In this document: positions 1-10,115 of the stretch, piece by piece
Numbering within the stretch: position 1 is the stretch's first letter
How the letters are laid out: each line of letters begins with the position of its first letter
Assembly: GCA_963736675.1 (NCBI GenBank)
Contig: CAVTPT010000001.1
Span: 101,671 to 165,670, forward strand
Length of the DNA: 64,000 nucleotides
Reading direction: 5' to 3'
Origin: an uncultured Bacteroidales bacterium
GTDB taxonomy: Bacteria; Bacteroidota; Bacteroidia; Bacteroidales; VadinHA17
Translations under genes and position numbers: made by a program
Notes under the pieces: generated by a model
What the model was told of the DNA's origin: nothing
The model's database searches: none
The model's input: only the letters and a program-made list of their open reading frames with translations

Positions 1-27
1 ATAATAAACAGTACTGTTTAGCTGACG

Positions 28-609
28 ATGAAGGAAGAATATGAAGACAAAACAAGTGACACTTTGACTGAAACGGTAAGTGACCTGGTGCTGAGATCAG
101 TACCGGCAAAGAAAAGTGTATACAAGTGGTATGCGGTATATACAAGGCCAAGGGCTGAAAAACTGGTTCATATGAGGGTGCTCGAGTTGGGTATCGAATC
201 ATTTCTTCCTCTTTACAAGACGCTGAGGCAGTGGAGCGACAGGAAGAAACTGGTTGAAAAGCCGCTATTTTCTTCCTATGTGTTTGTGAAGGTCGGAAGG
301 AAGCACTATCCCGAAGTCTTCAAGGTTGACGGGGTTGTAAAGTATGTCTCCTTTGAGGGCAAGGCTGTGGCAATACCGGAGTGTCAGATCAATAATCTTA
401 AAATACTTGTAGCCAGCAATGTTGAGATCGAAATTTCAGGTGACAGACTTGAGAAGGGTGACAGTGTCGTGGTGACCAGCGGGGCGCTTACGGGTCTTAC
501 CGGCGAACTGATAAGGATCAAAAGGAAAAACAAGGTTGTGGTGCGGATCGACAGGATCGATCAGAACCTTATTCTTGACATACCGGCAGCGTTTCTCCGG
601 AAGCTTTAG
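28..609 (+). CDS. upxY: UpxY-family (NusG-like) transcription antiterminator
   Basis: NGN-type start WYAVYTRPRAEK, WSDRKKLVEKPLFSSYVFV, C-terminal KOW-like GDSVVVTSGALTGLTG; first gene before a polysaccharide operon. Confidence 0.92.
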   Translation: MKEEYEDKTSDTLTETVSDLVLRSVPAKKSVYKWYAVYTRPRAEKLVHMRVLELGIESFLPLYKTLRQWSDRKKLVEKPLFSSYVFVKVGRKHYPEVFKVDGVVKYVSFEGKAVAIPECQINNLKILVASNVEIEISGDRLEKGDSVVVTSGALTGLTGELIRIKRKNKVVVRIDRIDQNLILDIPAAFLRKL

Positions 610-738
610 AAACGCACTTAAAATACTTAATATCACCCGGTTAGGCATATTATACGTATGTGACTGACGGGGCGAAAGCTTGCCCGGAGGGAAGGCTTGA
701 GGGGTGAGGAGGGAGGCGTGAGCAAGGAAAAAGGCGTT

Positions 739-813
739 CCACCTACGCTGAAGCTTCGGTGGACGAAGGAAGACGTGTTGAGGAGCGAAGTGACTCAATC
801 CCGGGAACCCGGG
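739..813 (+). repeat. Dispersed palindromic (REP/MITE-like) element, copy 1
   Basis: ccacctacgctgaagcttcggtggacgaagg...ggagcgaagtgactcaatcccgggaacccggg aligns with the reverse complement of 36682-36752. Confidence 0.8.
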
Positions 814-829
814 TTGGCAGTTGGCAGTA

Positions 830-885
830 AAGTTTCTGAGTTCCAGAGTTTCAAAGTTTCAAAGTTCCAAAGTTTCAAAGTTGAA
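830..885. repeat. Octamer tandem repeat (aagtttca-type, 7 units)
   Basis: aagtttct gagttcca gagtttca aagtttca aagttcca aagtttca aagttgaa. Confidence 0.85.
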
Positions 886-906
886 GAACTACCTTTATAT
901 GGATAA

Positions 907-976
907 CCCCGTACCTCAAACCCCGTACCCCATACCCCGTACCCCGTACCCCGTACCTCGTACCTCGTACCCCAGA
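907..976. repeat. Heptamer tandem repeat (ccccgta-type, 10 units)
   Basis: ccccgta cctcaaa ccccgta ccccata ccccgta ccccgta ccccgta cctcgta cctcgta ccccaga. Confidence 0.9.
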
Positions 977-1013
977 TTATTAATCATACACTTAGAATAA
1001 AAATTATATTATA

Positions 1014-1799
1014 ATGAAAAGCTATTCTTTAATAATATTAGTGCTGCTTTTGCTTGTATCGTCATGTACGACCACTGAAAAGCTGACCTACCTTAACAAT
1101 CTGCCTGAGAGTACGGAACCGCAGTATTTCCCTTATGAAATGACCGACTACAGGGTGCAGTACAGGGATATTCTTTATGTTGATGTAAAAGGTCTGACTC
1201 CCGAAGGCCAGGTTGAGAACCTGCTTCAGGGAACCTCTTCATCGGGAAGCACATATATGCAGAGCGAGTCAAGCCAGTATCTGATTGGGTATAATATAGA
1301 TAAATATGGAAATATTCTTTTACCAGTGATAGGGATGATAAATGTCGGAGCCAGGACTCTTGCTGAAATAAGGGAAATTATACAGATGAAAGTGGATTCA
1401 GTGTTCAATCATGCGTTTGTTGATGTGAAGCTCCTGAGTTTCAAATTTACTGTTCTCGGGGAGGCACATTCTCCCGGTACATTCATAAACTACAATGACT
1501 ATCTTACAGTCCTTGAGGCAATAGGCCGTGCTGGCGGGGTGGGTGATTATGGCCGGCGCGACAGGATCCTGGTTGTACGGGCAACACCTGAAGGCTCAAA
1601 GACATACCGTATCAATCTGCATGACAAAGACCTGCTCTCTTCAGAGGCTTATTTCCTGATGCCAAATGATGTAGTGATAATAGAGCCTTTAAAAATAAAA
1701 ACATTTAGTCTTAACCTTCCGGCAATATCCCTGGCAGTAACGGGAGTCACAGGTATAATTACAACAACTCTGCTATTGATCAATTATTTCGGGAATTAA
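1014..1799 (+). CDS. wza: Polysaccharide export lipoprotein (Wza/Poly_export family)
   Basis: Lipobox-like LLVSSC; DYRVQYRDILYV, GNILLPVIG, FTVLGEAHSPG, LEAIGRAGG; directly before wzc. Confidence 0.88.
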   Translation: MKSYSLIILVLLLLVSSCTTTEKLTYLNNLPESTEPQYFPYEMTDYRVQYRDILYVDVKGLTPEGQVENLLQGTSSSGSTYMQSESSQYLIGYNIDKYGNILLPVIGMINVGARTLAEIREIIQMKVDSVFNHAFVDVKLLSFKFTVLGEAHSPGTFINYNDYLTVLEAIGRAGGVGDYGRRDRILVVRATPEGSKTYRINLHDKDLLSSEAYFLMPNDVVIIEPLKIKTFSLNLPAISLAVTGVTGIITTTLLLINYFGN

Positions 1800-1885
1800 T
1801 GTTTCTGAAGGTGCGAGTTTAATTGCTTTTGGTAAAAACACTTTCAGATTGTACTTATCACATAACCCTATTTAGTAAGTAAACA

Positions 1886-3859
1886 ATGCCAACAATGAAT
1901 ACACCCCAATCTACTCATTCACGGAAGGTTCACGACGATGACCTCGATCTCCGCCGTTTTTTCGGACTCTTCCTCAGCAACTGGTACTGGTTTGCTATTG
2001 CACTCTTCTGTGCCGGACTGTTGGCTTACGGGATCAATACATATTCTGAGCGGGTCTATACTGTCAGTGCCTCGCTCCTGATCAAGGATGATCAGAGTTC
2101 AGATATGGCAGGCCTGGACAGGATCATGCCGGGAGGTGATATCTTCAGAAGCCAGCAGAACCTTCAGAATGAAATTGGGATACTCAGGTCGTTCAGTCTC
2201 AACAACAGGGTAATGAAGGAGTTGCCTGAATTTAATGTAACAGTTATAGGAATCGGACGGCGCGGTATTGCCCAGGCCAGGCACTACAGGTCGGCTCCCT
2301 TCATTGTACTGTACGATTCGATAAATGGCCAACGGCCTGGTGTGCAGATCAATATGAAGATCACATCGGCCGATACCTATTCTGTCGGAATTAACGGATA
2401 TGATATAAGTAAAGAGCACTATTCTTTCGGTGAAAGGTTCAATGAGGCAGGATTTGATTTTATTCTGAAAAGGCGAAACCCTGAAGATTTCGAATATAAT
2501 CCTGATCAATCCAACCGGTATATTTTCTGGTTCAACAGGAGTGAATCTCTTGCCAACAGTTACCGCAACAAGCTTCGCATTGAACCCGTCAACGAGGAGT
2601 CAACTCTTGTAAGGCTTTCAGTATCAGGAGTGGTGAGGCTTCAGGAAGCAGATTATCTCAACAAGCTGATGGAGGTCTATATTAGGCAGGGACTTGAATA
2701 TAAGAATCAGACAGCCGAGAAGACAATTGAGTTTATTGATCAGCAGCTTTCGCTGATAGCCGATTCGCTCACACTGGCAGAGAACAGGCTTGAGAGTTTC
2801 AGGCTCTCAAATAAACTGATAGATCTCAGCTCCGAAGGAGCGGCAATAAAGAGCAGACTGGAGAATTACACACAGGAGAGGATAACCACCGATCTGCAAC
2901 GGCAATATTATGAATACCTGTCGGAATATCTTAATGCAAGGAATGAGTCGGGAGAGATTGTATCACCCGCGGTGATGGGAGTCACCGACCAGATACTTAT
3001 CGACCTTGTGAATGAGCTGGCAGATCTGCAGGGCCAGAAAAAGCAGCTTAAGTATAATTTTACAACCGGTCAGCCGGCAGTAAACCTTATAGATTCTAAA
3101 ATAGAGGATGCAAGGTTATCTCTTGGTGAGAATGTAAGAAACAATGTAATAAATGTCGGCCGGACACTAAATGATATTGATTCCAGGATAGCCTCGGTGG
3201 AACGGGAGCTTAACAAGCTGCCCGGTACGGAAAAGAGGCTAATCAACATACAGCGGAAATTTGACCTGAATAATACTGTTTACACATACATGCTCGAGAA
3301 AAGATCTGAAGCCGGTATTGCCATGGCATCCAATGTATCGGGGAACAGGATAATAGACCAGGCCGAACAGTTTAATGCCTCGATGATCAAACCAAGGGGA
3401 AGAAGGAATTATATGATAGCCCTGATGCTTGGGCTTATAATTCCCGGCCTATATATTTATCTGATCGATCAGTTTCATAATAAGATCCTTGATAAAAAGG
3501 ATATTGAGAGGGGAACCCAGGTTCCGGTAATAGGATTTGTCGGGCATAATACCTCAAAAAATGAGCTGCCTGTTCTGGAAAAGCCAGGCTCCTCACTTTC
3601 GGAGTCTTTCCGTTCGATAAGGACAAACCTGAAATATTACCTAAACGGAGAGAAGAAGGGGGTTATATCAGTCACTTCGACAATAAGCGGCGAAGGCAAA
3701 ACATTTGTTTCGCTGAACCTTGCAGCAGTACTGGCAATGCTGGGTAAGAAGACACTTCTTGTAGGGCTCGATCTGCGGAAACCAAGGTTGAACAAGCTGG
3801 TTGGATCGTTCGGCAGTAGAAGGGTTGAGCACCTTCCTGATAGGAGAAGCCGGGTTTGA
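1886..3859 (+). CDS. wzc: Wzc polysaccharide co-polymerase/tyrosine kinase, N-terminal part (frameshift near 3803)
   Basis: Two TM segments around a large periplasmic domain, ESFRSIRTNL, Walker A TSTISGEGKT, A' motif GLDLRKP; frame leaves homology after ~3802. Confidence 0.88.
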   Translation: MPTMNTPQSTHSRKVHDDDLDLRRFFGLFLSNWYWFAIALFCAGLLAYGINTYSERVYTVSASLLIKDDQSSDMAGLDRIMPGGDIFRSQQNLQNEIGILRSFSLNNRVMKELPEFNVTVIGIGRRGIAQARHYRSAPFIVLYDSINGQRPGVQINMKITSADTYSVGINGYDISKEHYSFGERFNEAGFDFILKRRNPEDFEYNPDQSNRYIFWFNRSESLANSYRNKLRIEPVNEESTLVRLSVSGVVRLQEADYLNKLMEVYIRQGLEYKNQTAEKTIEFIDQQLSLIADSLTLAENRLESFRLSNKLIDLSSEGAAIKSRLENYTQERITTDLQRQYYEYLSEYLNARNESGEIVSPAVMGVTDQILIDLVNELADLQGQKKQLKYNFTTGQPAVNLIDSKIEDARLSLGENVRNNVINVGRTLNDIDSRIASVERELNKLPGTEKRLINIQRKFDLNNTVYTYMLEKRSEAGIAMASNVSGNRIIDQAEQFNASMIKPRGRRNYMIALMLGLIIPGLYIYLIDQFHNKILDKKDIERGTQVPVIGFVGHNTSKNELPVLEKPGSSLSESFRSIRTNLKYYLNGEKKGVISVTSTISGEGKTFVSLNLAAVLAMLGKKTLLVGLDLRKPRLNKLVGSFGSRRVEHLPDRRSRV

Positions 3860-4310
3860 TGAGGTAGTAAATAAAACCGAAGTAAGTAACCTGTTCTTTG
3901 TATCGTCGGGAGCCATTCCCCCGAATCCTTCCGAACTTATTGAATCAGAGAGGATGAAACAGTTCATGAAAAAGGCCAGGGAGGAGTATGATTATATTGT
4001 GCTTGACACTCCGCCAGTGGGAGTTGTATCAGACGCTCTTCTTCTCGGTGGTTTTGCCGATGTCAATATTTTTGTGATAAGGCAGAAGTTCTCCTTCAAA
4101 AGCACACTGGAACTTATCCAGAGTATTTTTGAAAAGAAAGAGCTTAAAAACCTTACAATTGCTGTAAATGATATACATATTTCAGGTTACTATGGATATG
4201 GACTCCGTTACGGCTATGGATTTTACCAGGGGTACGGTTACAACTATGGTTACGGTCAGTACGGCACATATGGGCAGGGTGATTACAGGAAGTATTATTC
4301 TGAAGAATGA
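3801..4310 (+). CDS. wzc: Wzc C-terminal part (Walker B and tyrosine cluster)
   Basis: GLSTFLIG, SGAIPPNPSELI, YDYIVLDTPP, terminal Tyr/Gly cluster; joins the upstream ORF if one base at ~3803 is removed. Confidence 0.85.
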   Translation: MDRSAVEGLSTFLIGEAGFDEVVNKTEVSNLFFVSSGAIPPNPSELIESERMKQFMKKAREEYDYIVLDTPPVGVVSDALLLGGFADVNIFVIRQKFSFKSTLELIQSIFEKKELKNLTIAVNDIHISGYYGYGLRYGYGFYQGYGYNYGYGQYGTYGQGDYRKYYSEE

Positions 4311-4410
4311 AAATTAATGTTAATTAATGAGGGATCAAGATCAAAAAGTTATTAAGTCCAGGCATAAGGTTAGATGTAAATCAGAAAACAACAAGTTTTA
4401 GTTTTTGGAT

Positions 4411-5532
4411 ATGACGAAACTAGCCATAATTGGTGCAGGGTACCTTCAGTTACCAATATATCTGAAAACACGTGAACTGGGGATTGAGACCATCGGATTT
4501 GCCTGGGAAGAAGGAGCTGTTTCACAAAAGAGTTGTTCAAAATTCTATCCGATTTCTATCCTTGATAAGGAGAAAATACTTCAAACTTGTAAGGACGAAA
4601 AGGTGGAAGGCGTGGTTACTATTGCTTCAGATCTGGCCGTACCAACTGTAAGTTTTATTGCAGAGAAAATGGGATTAATAGGGAATCCTATGGAGTCTTC
4701 ACAGCTTTGTACAAATAAGTTCCTAATGAGGAATGCATTTGTCGCTCACGACTTAAAATGTCCGGTTTATTTTAAGGTTGATAATATTGGCCAGTTAAAA
4801 TTATTAAGCAGGCATTTAAAGTATCCCCTTATAGTTAAACCTGTTGACCGCTCGGGTAGTATGGGAGTAACCAAGGTAAATGGGATTGCAGAACTGCACA
4901 AAGCATTGATTAATGCCCTGGATGTTTCCATTCTAAAACAAGCTATTCTGGAAGAATTTATTGATGGTCAGGAAGTCAGTGTAGAGGGAATCTCTTTTCA
5001 GGGAATACATAATATACTGACGATTACAGACAAAGTAACATCAGGTCATCCTCACTATGTAGAATTGGAACATCATCAACCCTCTTTGTTACCAGGTAAA
5101 ATAAAGGATTGTCTGGTTATTGAGACCATAAAAGCTCTTAATGCATTAAAAATTGTATACGGAGCATCTCATACCGAATTTATAATCAGCAAACATGGAA
5201 TATTCATAACAGAATGCGGTGCCAGAATGGGTGGAGATTTTATAGGATCCGACCTGGTTTCCCTGTCAACCGGATACGATTTTCTCAGAGGTGTTATTGA
5301 AGTAGCTCTTAACAAATTTGAGGCACCGGAAAAGAAATGGGAAAGAAATTCGGGTGTATATTTTTATTCTGTTGATTCCCCTGAAATAGGAAGTATTATA
5401 AGGGAGAATCAGTTTAACGAATTTAAAGTCAGGTCTGAAATATTCAGCAATAGTTTAAAAGAACTTAGGCAAAGTTCAGATCGGGCAGGGTATTTTATTT
5501 ATCAATCTGATAAAAAATTAATCCTAAAGTAA
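4411..5532 (+). CDS. ATP-grasp domain ligase
   Basis: NKFLMRNAF, PLIVKPVDRSGSMGV, ILEEFIDGQEVSVE, SHTEF, ECGARMGG; ATG at 4411 preferred over TTG at 4405. Confidence 0.82.
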   Translation: MTKLAIIGAGYLQLPIYLKTRELGIETIGFAWEEGAVSQKSCSKFYPISILDKEKILQTCKDEKVEGVVTIASDLAVPTVSFIAEKMGLIGNPMESSQLCTNKFLMRNAFVAHDLKCPVYFKVDNIGQLKLLSRHLKYPLIVKPVDRSGSMGVTKVNGIAELHKALINALDVSILKQAILEEFIDGQEVSVEGISFQGIHNILTITDKVTSGHPHYVELEHHQPSLLPGKIKDCLVIETIKALNALKIVYGASHTEFIISKHGIFITECGARMGGDFIGSDLVSLSTGYDFLRGVIEVALNKFEAPEKKWERNSGVYFYSVDSPEIGSIIRENQFNEFKVRSEIFSNSLKELRQSSDRAGYFIYQSDKKLILK

Positions 5533-6452
5533 TGTTATTCTCAATAATTATCCCCGTTTATAACGGGGAAAAAACCATAATGCCACTGTTTAACCAGATA
5601 AAGGCTTTTTGTGAAAAAAATCAGTTTTTATTTGAGGTAATTTTTGTCTGGGATTGTGGTCCTGATAAATCATGGGATGTAATAGTATCTCTAAAAAGAC
5701 AATTCCCTGATTTAATTAAGGCCGTGAGATTATCCAGGAATTATGGCCAGCATAATGCTTTAATATGCGGTTTTGCACATGCTAATGGTGAGTTTTTTGT
5801 AACAATGGATGAAGATTTACAGCATATCCCGGATGACATTCTTAAACTTTTTCAAAAACAATTAGAAAAAGACTATGATGTTGTTTATGGTCATTATGAA
5901 ACAAGGAATCATCCCGTTTTCAGGAATTTTACATCTTCTATACTTAAGAGAATTATCAGGTTAAGTATTCCAGATCTTCACAAAGATTATTCAGCATTTA
6001 GAATAATAAAGTCGAATATTGCCAGATCAACTCTGAGAATGCGTAATTCATATACTTTTCTGGATGGGTATCTTTCATGGATAACCACTCATACAACTTC
6101 ATGTCTGGTTTCTCACCATAAAAGGATTGCCGGGACGAGTTCCTATACAGTAAAAAAACTTATTGCACATTCAATAAATATTTTTGTTACCTTCTCCGAT
6201 CTGCCAATTAAAATTGTCACATGGTCTTCATTTATTTTTTTCTTGTTCTCACTTGGCTACTCTGTCTGGATATTAATTCAGAAGTTGTTTTATAACAATC
6301 TTGTTCCCGGATTTGCGAGTATGATTATCCTTACCAGTCTGGGTGTTGGTTTCATACTAATGGCTATTGCGATCCTGGGACAATACCTGCACCGGATAAA
6401 TATGAAAACTACGAAAAGACCCAATTATGTGGAAAGTGAAATGCTAGTTTAG
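5532..6452 (+). CDS. Polyprenol-phosphate glycosyltransferase (GT2, ArnC/GtrB-like)
   Basis: SIIIPVYN, LSRNYGQHNAL, MDEDLQH, two C-terminal TM helices. Confidence 0.85.
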   Translation: MLFSIIIPVYNGEKTIMPLFNQIKAFCEKNQFLFEVIFVWDCGPDKSWDVIVSLKRQFPDLIKAVRLSRNYGQHNALICGFAHANGEFFVTMDEDLQHIPDDILKLFQKQLEKDYDVVYGHYETRNHPVFRNFTSSILKRIIRLSIPDLHKDYSAFRIIKSNIARSTLRMRNSYTFLDGYLSWITTHTTSCLVSHHKRIAGTSSYTVKKLIAHSINIFVTFSDLPIKIVTWSSFIFFLFSLGYSVWILIQKLFYNNLVPGFASMIILTSLGVGFILMAIAILGQYLHRINMKTTKRPNYVESEMLV

Positions 6453-6514
6453 AATAGGTAATTATTGCCAATTAATGATAAATTCAGTTTATAAACTAAA
6501 TAGGATCGGGTAAT

Positions 6515-7150
6515 ATGAGAGTAGGTATTATTGGTTATGGAGTTTTGGGGATGCAAATCAGGAATTTTCTCTCAGAACAGGAGGGCAGAGATTTAAATAT
6601 TATTTTATTTGATGATTTCTTTATTAATGATCAAAATACCCGGACTTATCCCTTTGAAAATATTTTCTCGGATGAATTTAGTGATTTGGAATTTTATCTT
6701 GGGATAGGGTATAAGCATCTGGAAGTAAGACATGATATAATAAAAAAATTAAAATCATCAGGGAGAAAAGTTAATTCACTGATCCACAACAAAAGTTATA
6801 TCAGTCCCTCTGCAAAAGTCGGAGATGGTTGTATTTTGTTCCCGGGTGTTAATATTGATCAGAATGTAAGAATAGATGATGGTTGTATTCTTCATAATGG
6901 AGTTATTATTTCGCACAATTCTTCAATTGGTGAGTGCTGTTATTTTTCACCTAATACTGTCTTAAGTGGTGACGTAAACGTTGGTAAATTCTGTTTTTTT
7001 GGAACTGGTTGCTTAGTTTCAAATTCAGTCACTATTGGAAGCAATGTAAAGGCAGGTATAGGTTCGGTAATTACCAATAATACTGAATCAGGCTTATCTG
7101 TAATTGGCAATCCTGCGAGAGTTCTTTCAGTTGAATTGAAAATAAAATAG
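6515..7150 (+). CDS. Hexapeptide-repeat sugar acyltransferase (PglD/NeuD-like)
   Basis: N-terminal IIGYG, left-handed beta-helix repeats, C-terminal GNPAR. Confidence 0.85.
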   Translation: MRVGIIGYGVLGMQIRNFLSEQEGRDLNIILFDDFFINDQNTRTYPFENIFSDEFSDLEFYLGIGYKHLEVRHDIIKKLKSSGRKVNSLIHNKSYISPSAKVGDGCILFPGVNIDQNVRIDDGCILHNGVIISHNSSIGECCYFSPNTVLSGDVNVGKFCFFGTGCLVSNSVTIGSNVKAGIGSVITNNTESGLSVIGNPARVLSVELKIK

Positions 7151-7258
7151 TTTGAGGGTAAGTTATTTTATTTTTTAACCTGATTAATTAAAAAAAACAG
7201 AATAGGGTTGCCGGGGATAAAATTATATAAGGTTGATCCAGATAGGTCTGAAAAAAGT

Positions 7259-8974
7259 ATGAAGGTTATTAAGACTTACGTATGGAGTACGTTTATTGTA
7301 CTTATTTCAGCTATAATACTATTTATAAATAAGGGATTTGATCTGACTGATGAGGGGTATTATTTACTGATGTTCAATCAGGTCGATTACAATATTCCTG
7401 TAATTACTGGTTTTAATCAGGTTTATAAAATGCTTTTTGGGTATATTGAACCTACAATATTAAATCTTAGAATTTTAAAATTCCTGCTTACAATTGCGTC
7501 CTCCTTTTTTTTAGCTTTTGGAATAAGAATGATATTAAAGGAAAGAGGGTTACTCAATAATAGTTATCAGTGGATTGTTTTTCCATTTGTGGTAATCGGT
7601 GGATTAATTTCATATGCATCAGGGCCTCAATCCCTGAGTTATAATTCCATGACTGGTATATTTATGACCATAGCTACCAGTTTTTTTTTAGTGTGGATTG
7701 TTTACAAGCAAAATGGCATAATAAATCTATTAGTTCCAATAGCGATAGGGTTTTTTGCTATGATAGTATTATTATCAAAAATAACTGCTGGTTTAGGGTT
7801 TGTTCTGGCGCTTGTTTTTTGTTTTATTATTATAAAAGATTCAATTAAGCGGAAAATAATACTAATTATCTCTTTCATTCTGGGAATCTTTATAGCGATG
7901 ATTCTGTTTTCCGTTTTAAATCAGAATATTTTTAAATACCTGGATAATTTTTTAGTAGCTAAAAGAATCATTCAGAATTTAAATCCAGATTATTCCAATT
8001 TGGGGATCCTGTCAAATGTTTTCAGGACCACAGTATGGTTATTAAAAGTTGTAATCGTTTCCGGATTTTTTATGGTTGTTACATTATTTTTAAAGGGGCA
8101 TATTGAAAATGTAACTAATAGCAATTGGGGCAAAATAGCTATTATTCTGCTAACCGGGTTAATTTATTGGCTTTGGACACCTGTTAGTAACCTGTTTCTG
8201 ATTCCACTGGTTTATCTATTTATGTTTAACCTGTATTTAATTAAGAAAAGCCATAAAAAATTAGAGAGTAGTCTTTTTCAAACTGACTTAATAATAGGAA
8301 TTTTATTATTTGCATTTCCTTTTATTGCCGGATTGGGTACAAATAACCATCTGGGACAACAAACTTTTTTTGGGATATCTTTTTGGTTTGCTTTATTGGT
8401 TTTAGGGATAAATTATTCGGTGAATGCTATGGTAAATAAAATAGTAATACTGATTGTTATTACTTTAGGATTTACCTGGTTTACTTATAATTACGTCTTA
8501 TTCCCTTACCGTGGAACAAGTCCTAACAGCAATAAATACTCGTTATTTTTTATAAAAGAAGATGAAAAGGTAAAAGTAGATAAGAATACTTTTGACTATC
8601 TAACCAATATTTCACAGACTTTGAGGAATTTTGGCTTTGAGAAGGGTGATACTATTTTAGGAGTTCAGAAACTAGCCGGGGTGATTTATATCCTGGAAGG
8701 TTATGCATTTAATGGTTTCTATTGGGAGGGACCTTCCTCAGCTGAGATTCTAAAAACAACACTGAATTCATCAATGACATATGAACAGAAACCCGAATGG
8801 ATACTAATAAACAATATGAAAAATATTGAGTCTGCTAACATATTAACTTTTCAAATTCTTTCAAACCTTGACCTTCATCTTGTTGATTATGATCATTTAA
8901 GAGATTTAAATTCGAATAATATTTTTTTTGGAGATATTTCTATTTATAGAAAAAAGCCCGTATTAATAAATTAA
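7259..8974 (+). CDS. Polytopic membrane protein, probable GT-C glycosyltransferase
   Basis: Many TM stretches; acidic DLTDEGYY motif after first TM; C-terminal soluble domain; ATG at 7259 preferred over TTG at 7208. Confidence 0.55.
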   Translation: MKVIKTYVWSTFIVLISAIILFINKGFDLTDEGYYLLMFNQVDYNIPVITGFNQVYKMLFGYIEPTILNLRILKFLLTIASSFFLAFGIRMILKERGLLNNSYQWIVFPFVVIGGLISYASGPQSLSYNSMTGIFMTIATSFFLVWIVYKQNGIINLLVPIAIGFFAMIVLLSKITAGLGFVLALVFCFIIIKDSIKRKIILIISFILGIFIAMILFSVLNQNIFKYLDNFLVAKRIIQNLNPDYSNLGILSNVFRTTVWLLKVVIVSGFFMVVTLFLKGHIENVTNSNWGKIAIILLTGLIYWLWTPVSNLFLIPLVYLFMFNLYLIKKSHKKLESSLFQTDLIIGILLFAFPFIAGLGTNNHLGQQTFFGISFWFALLVLGINYSVNAMVNKIVILIVITLGFTWFTYNYVLFPYRGTSPNSNKYSLFFIKEDEKVKVDKNTFDYLTNISQTLRNFGFEKGDTILGVQKLAGVIYILEGYAFNGFYWEGPSSAEILKTTLNSSMTYEQKPEWILINNMKNIESANILTFQILSNLDLHLVDYDHLRDLNSNNIFFGDISIYRKKPVLIN

Positions 8975-8977
8975 TCA

Positions 8978-9388
8978 ATGGATATGGAAATTCCTTTTAA
9001 TAAACCATATATTACTGGAAGAGAAGTGCACTATATCTATGATGCGGTTGCAACTGGAAAAATATCGGGGAACGGCAAATACACAAAGTTATGCCAGGAG
9101 TATTTTGAGAAGCGATGGGATTTTAAAAAAACACTTCTTACTACCAGTTGCACAGACGCTCTTGAGATGTGTGCGTTGCTCCTGAAAATAAAGCCAGGAG
9201 ACGAGGTAATTATTCCGTCATTTACATTTGTGAGTACGGCGCTTGCATTTTATCGTGAAGGTGCCAGAATAATCTTTGCTGACAGCAGGTCTGATCAACC
9301 CGGTATTGATGAGGATAAAATTGAAGAGACTTATAACCACCAGGACAAAGGCAATTATTGTTGTTCATTATGCAGGAGTAGCTTGTGA
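8978..9388 (+). CDS. wecE: WecE/RffA-type dTDP-4-amino-sugar transaminase, N-terminal part (frameshift ~9326-9329)
   Basis: IPFNKPY, SGNGKYT, LLTTSCTDALEM, PGDEVIIPSFTFVSTA. Confidence 0.8.
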   Translation: MDMEIPFNKPYITGREVHYIYDAVATGKISGNGKYTKLCQEYFEKRWDFKKTLLTTSCTDALEMCALLLKIKPGDEVIIPSFTFVSTALAFYREGARIIFADSRSDQPGIDEDKIEETYNHQDKGNYCCSLCRSSL

Positions 9389-10115
9389 TATGGATAAAAT
9401 AACGGAAATTGCAGAGCGCCACGGATTGTATGTAGTTGAGGATGCCGCGCAAGCCATTGACAGCTATTATACAGGTAAGGACGGTATCAGGAAACCCCTG
9501 GGGTCTATTGGGAATCTTGCAACATTCTCTTTTCATGAAACGAAAAACATACAGTGTGGAGAAGGTGGGTTAATAGCCATCAATGATGAAAGGCTTATTG
9601 GAAGATCTGAAATACTTTGGGAGAAAGGTACAAATCGTGCACAGTTTTTTCGGGGAGAGGTGGATAAATATGGCTGGGTAGATACGGGAAGTAGTTTTCT
9701 CCCTTCTGAAATATCGGCAGCTTTTTTGTGGGCTCAGATTGAGGAAATAAATAAGATCCAGGGGAAAAGGCTTAATACATGGACCTGGTATAATGAAAAT
9801 GTGGATAATCTGTTCAGTGATTATTCATTCAATAAACCATATACCCCGGGATATGCTACAAATAATGGTCACATGTACTACCTGAATTTTTTCAGTCCTG
9901 ATGAAAGGACAAGGTTTATCCAGGATCTTAAATCCAAACATGTATTTCCGGTCTTTCACTATCAAAGCCTGCATAAAAGTGAGTTTTACAAAAAGTTGCA
10001 TGATGGCAGGTCTCTGACAAATGCTGATAAATATTCTGATTGTCTTGTTAGATTGCCCCTCTATTATGAACTTGAACCAGGTCAGATTATTGAAGCATTA
10101 GGCAAAAACTGGTGA
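9276..10115 (+). CDS. wecE: WecE/RffA-type transaminase, C-terminal part
   Basis: TKAIIVVHYAGVACDM, VVEDAAQ, PLP-lysine motif FSFHETKN, EKGTNR, VDKYGWVDTGSS. Confidence 0.8.
   Translation: MLTAGLINPVLMRIKLKRLITTRTKAIIVVHYAGVACDMDKITEIAERHGLYVVEDAAQAIDSYYTGKDGIRKPLGSIGNLATFSFHETKNIQCGEGGLIAINDERLIGRSEILWEKGTNRAQFFRGEVDKYGWVDTGSSFLPSEISAAFLWAQIEEINKIQGKRLNTWTWYNENVDNLFSDYSFNKPYTPGYATNNGHMYYLNFFSPDERTRFIQDLKSKHVFPVFHYQSLHKSEFYKKLHDGRSLTNADKYSDCLVRLPLYYELEPGQIIEALGKNW

Noticed and set aside
697-906. 69-aa ORF between upxY and wza
   Set aside because: Made almost entirely of the palindromic element and tandem repeats.
1886-4310. Naturally split Wzc (CapA/CapB style)
   Set aside because: The break falls inside the kinase domain between the A' and B motifs and is repaired by removing one base.
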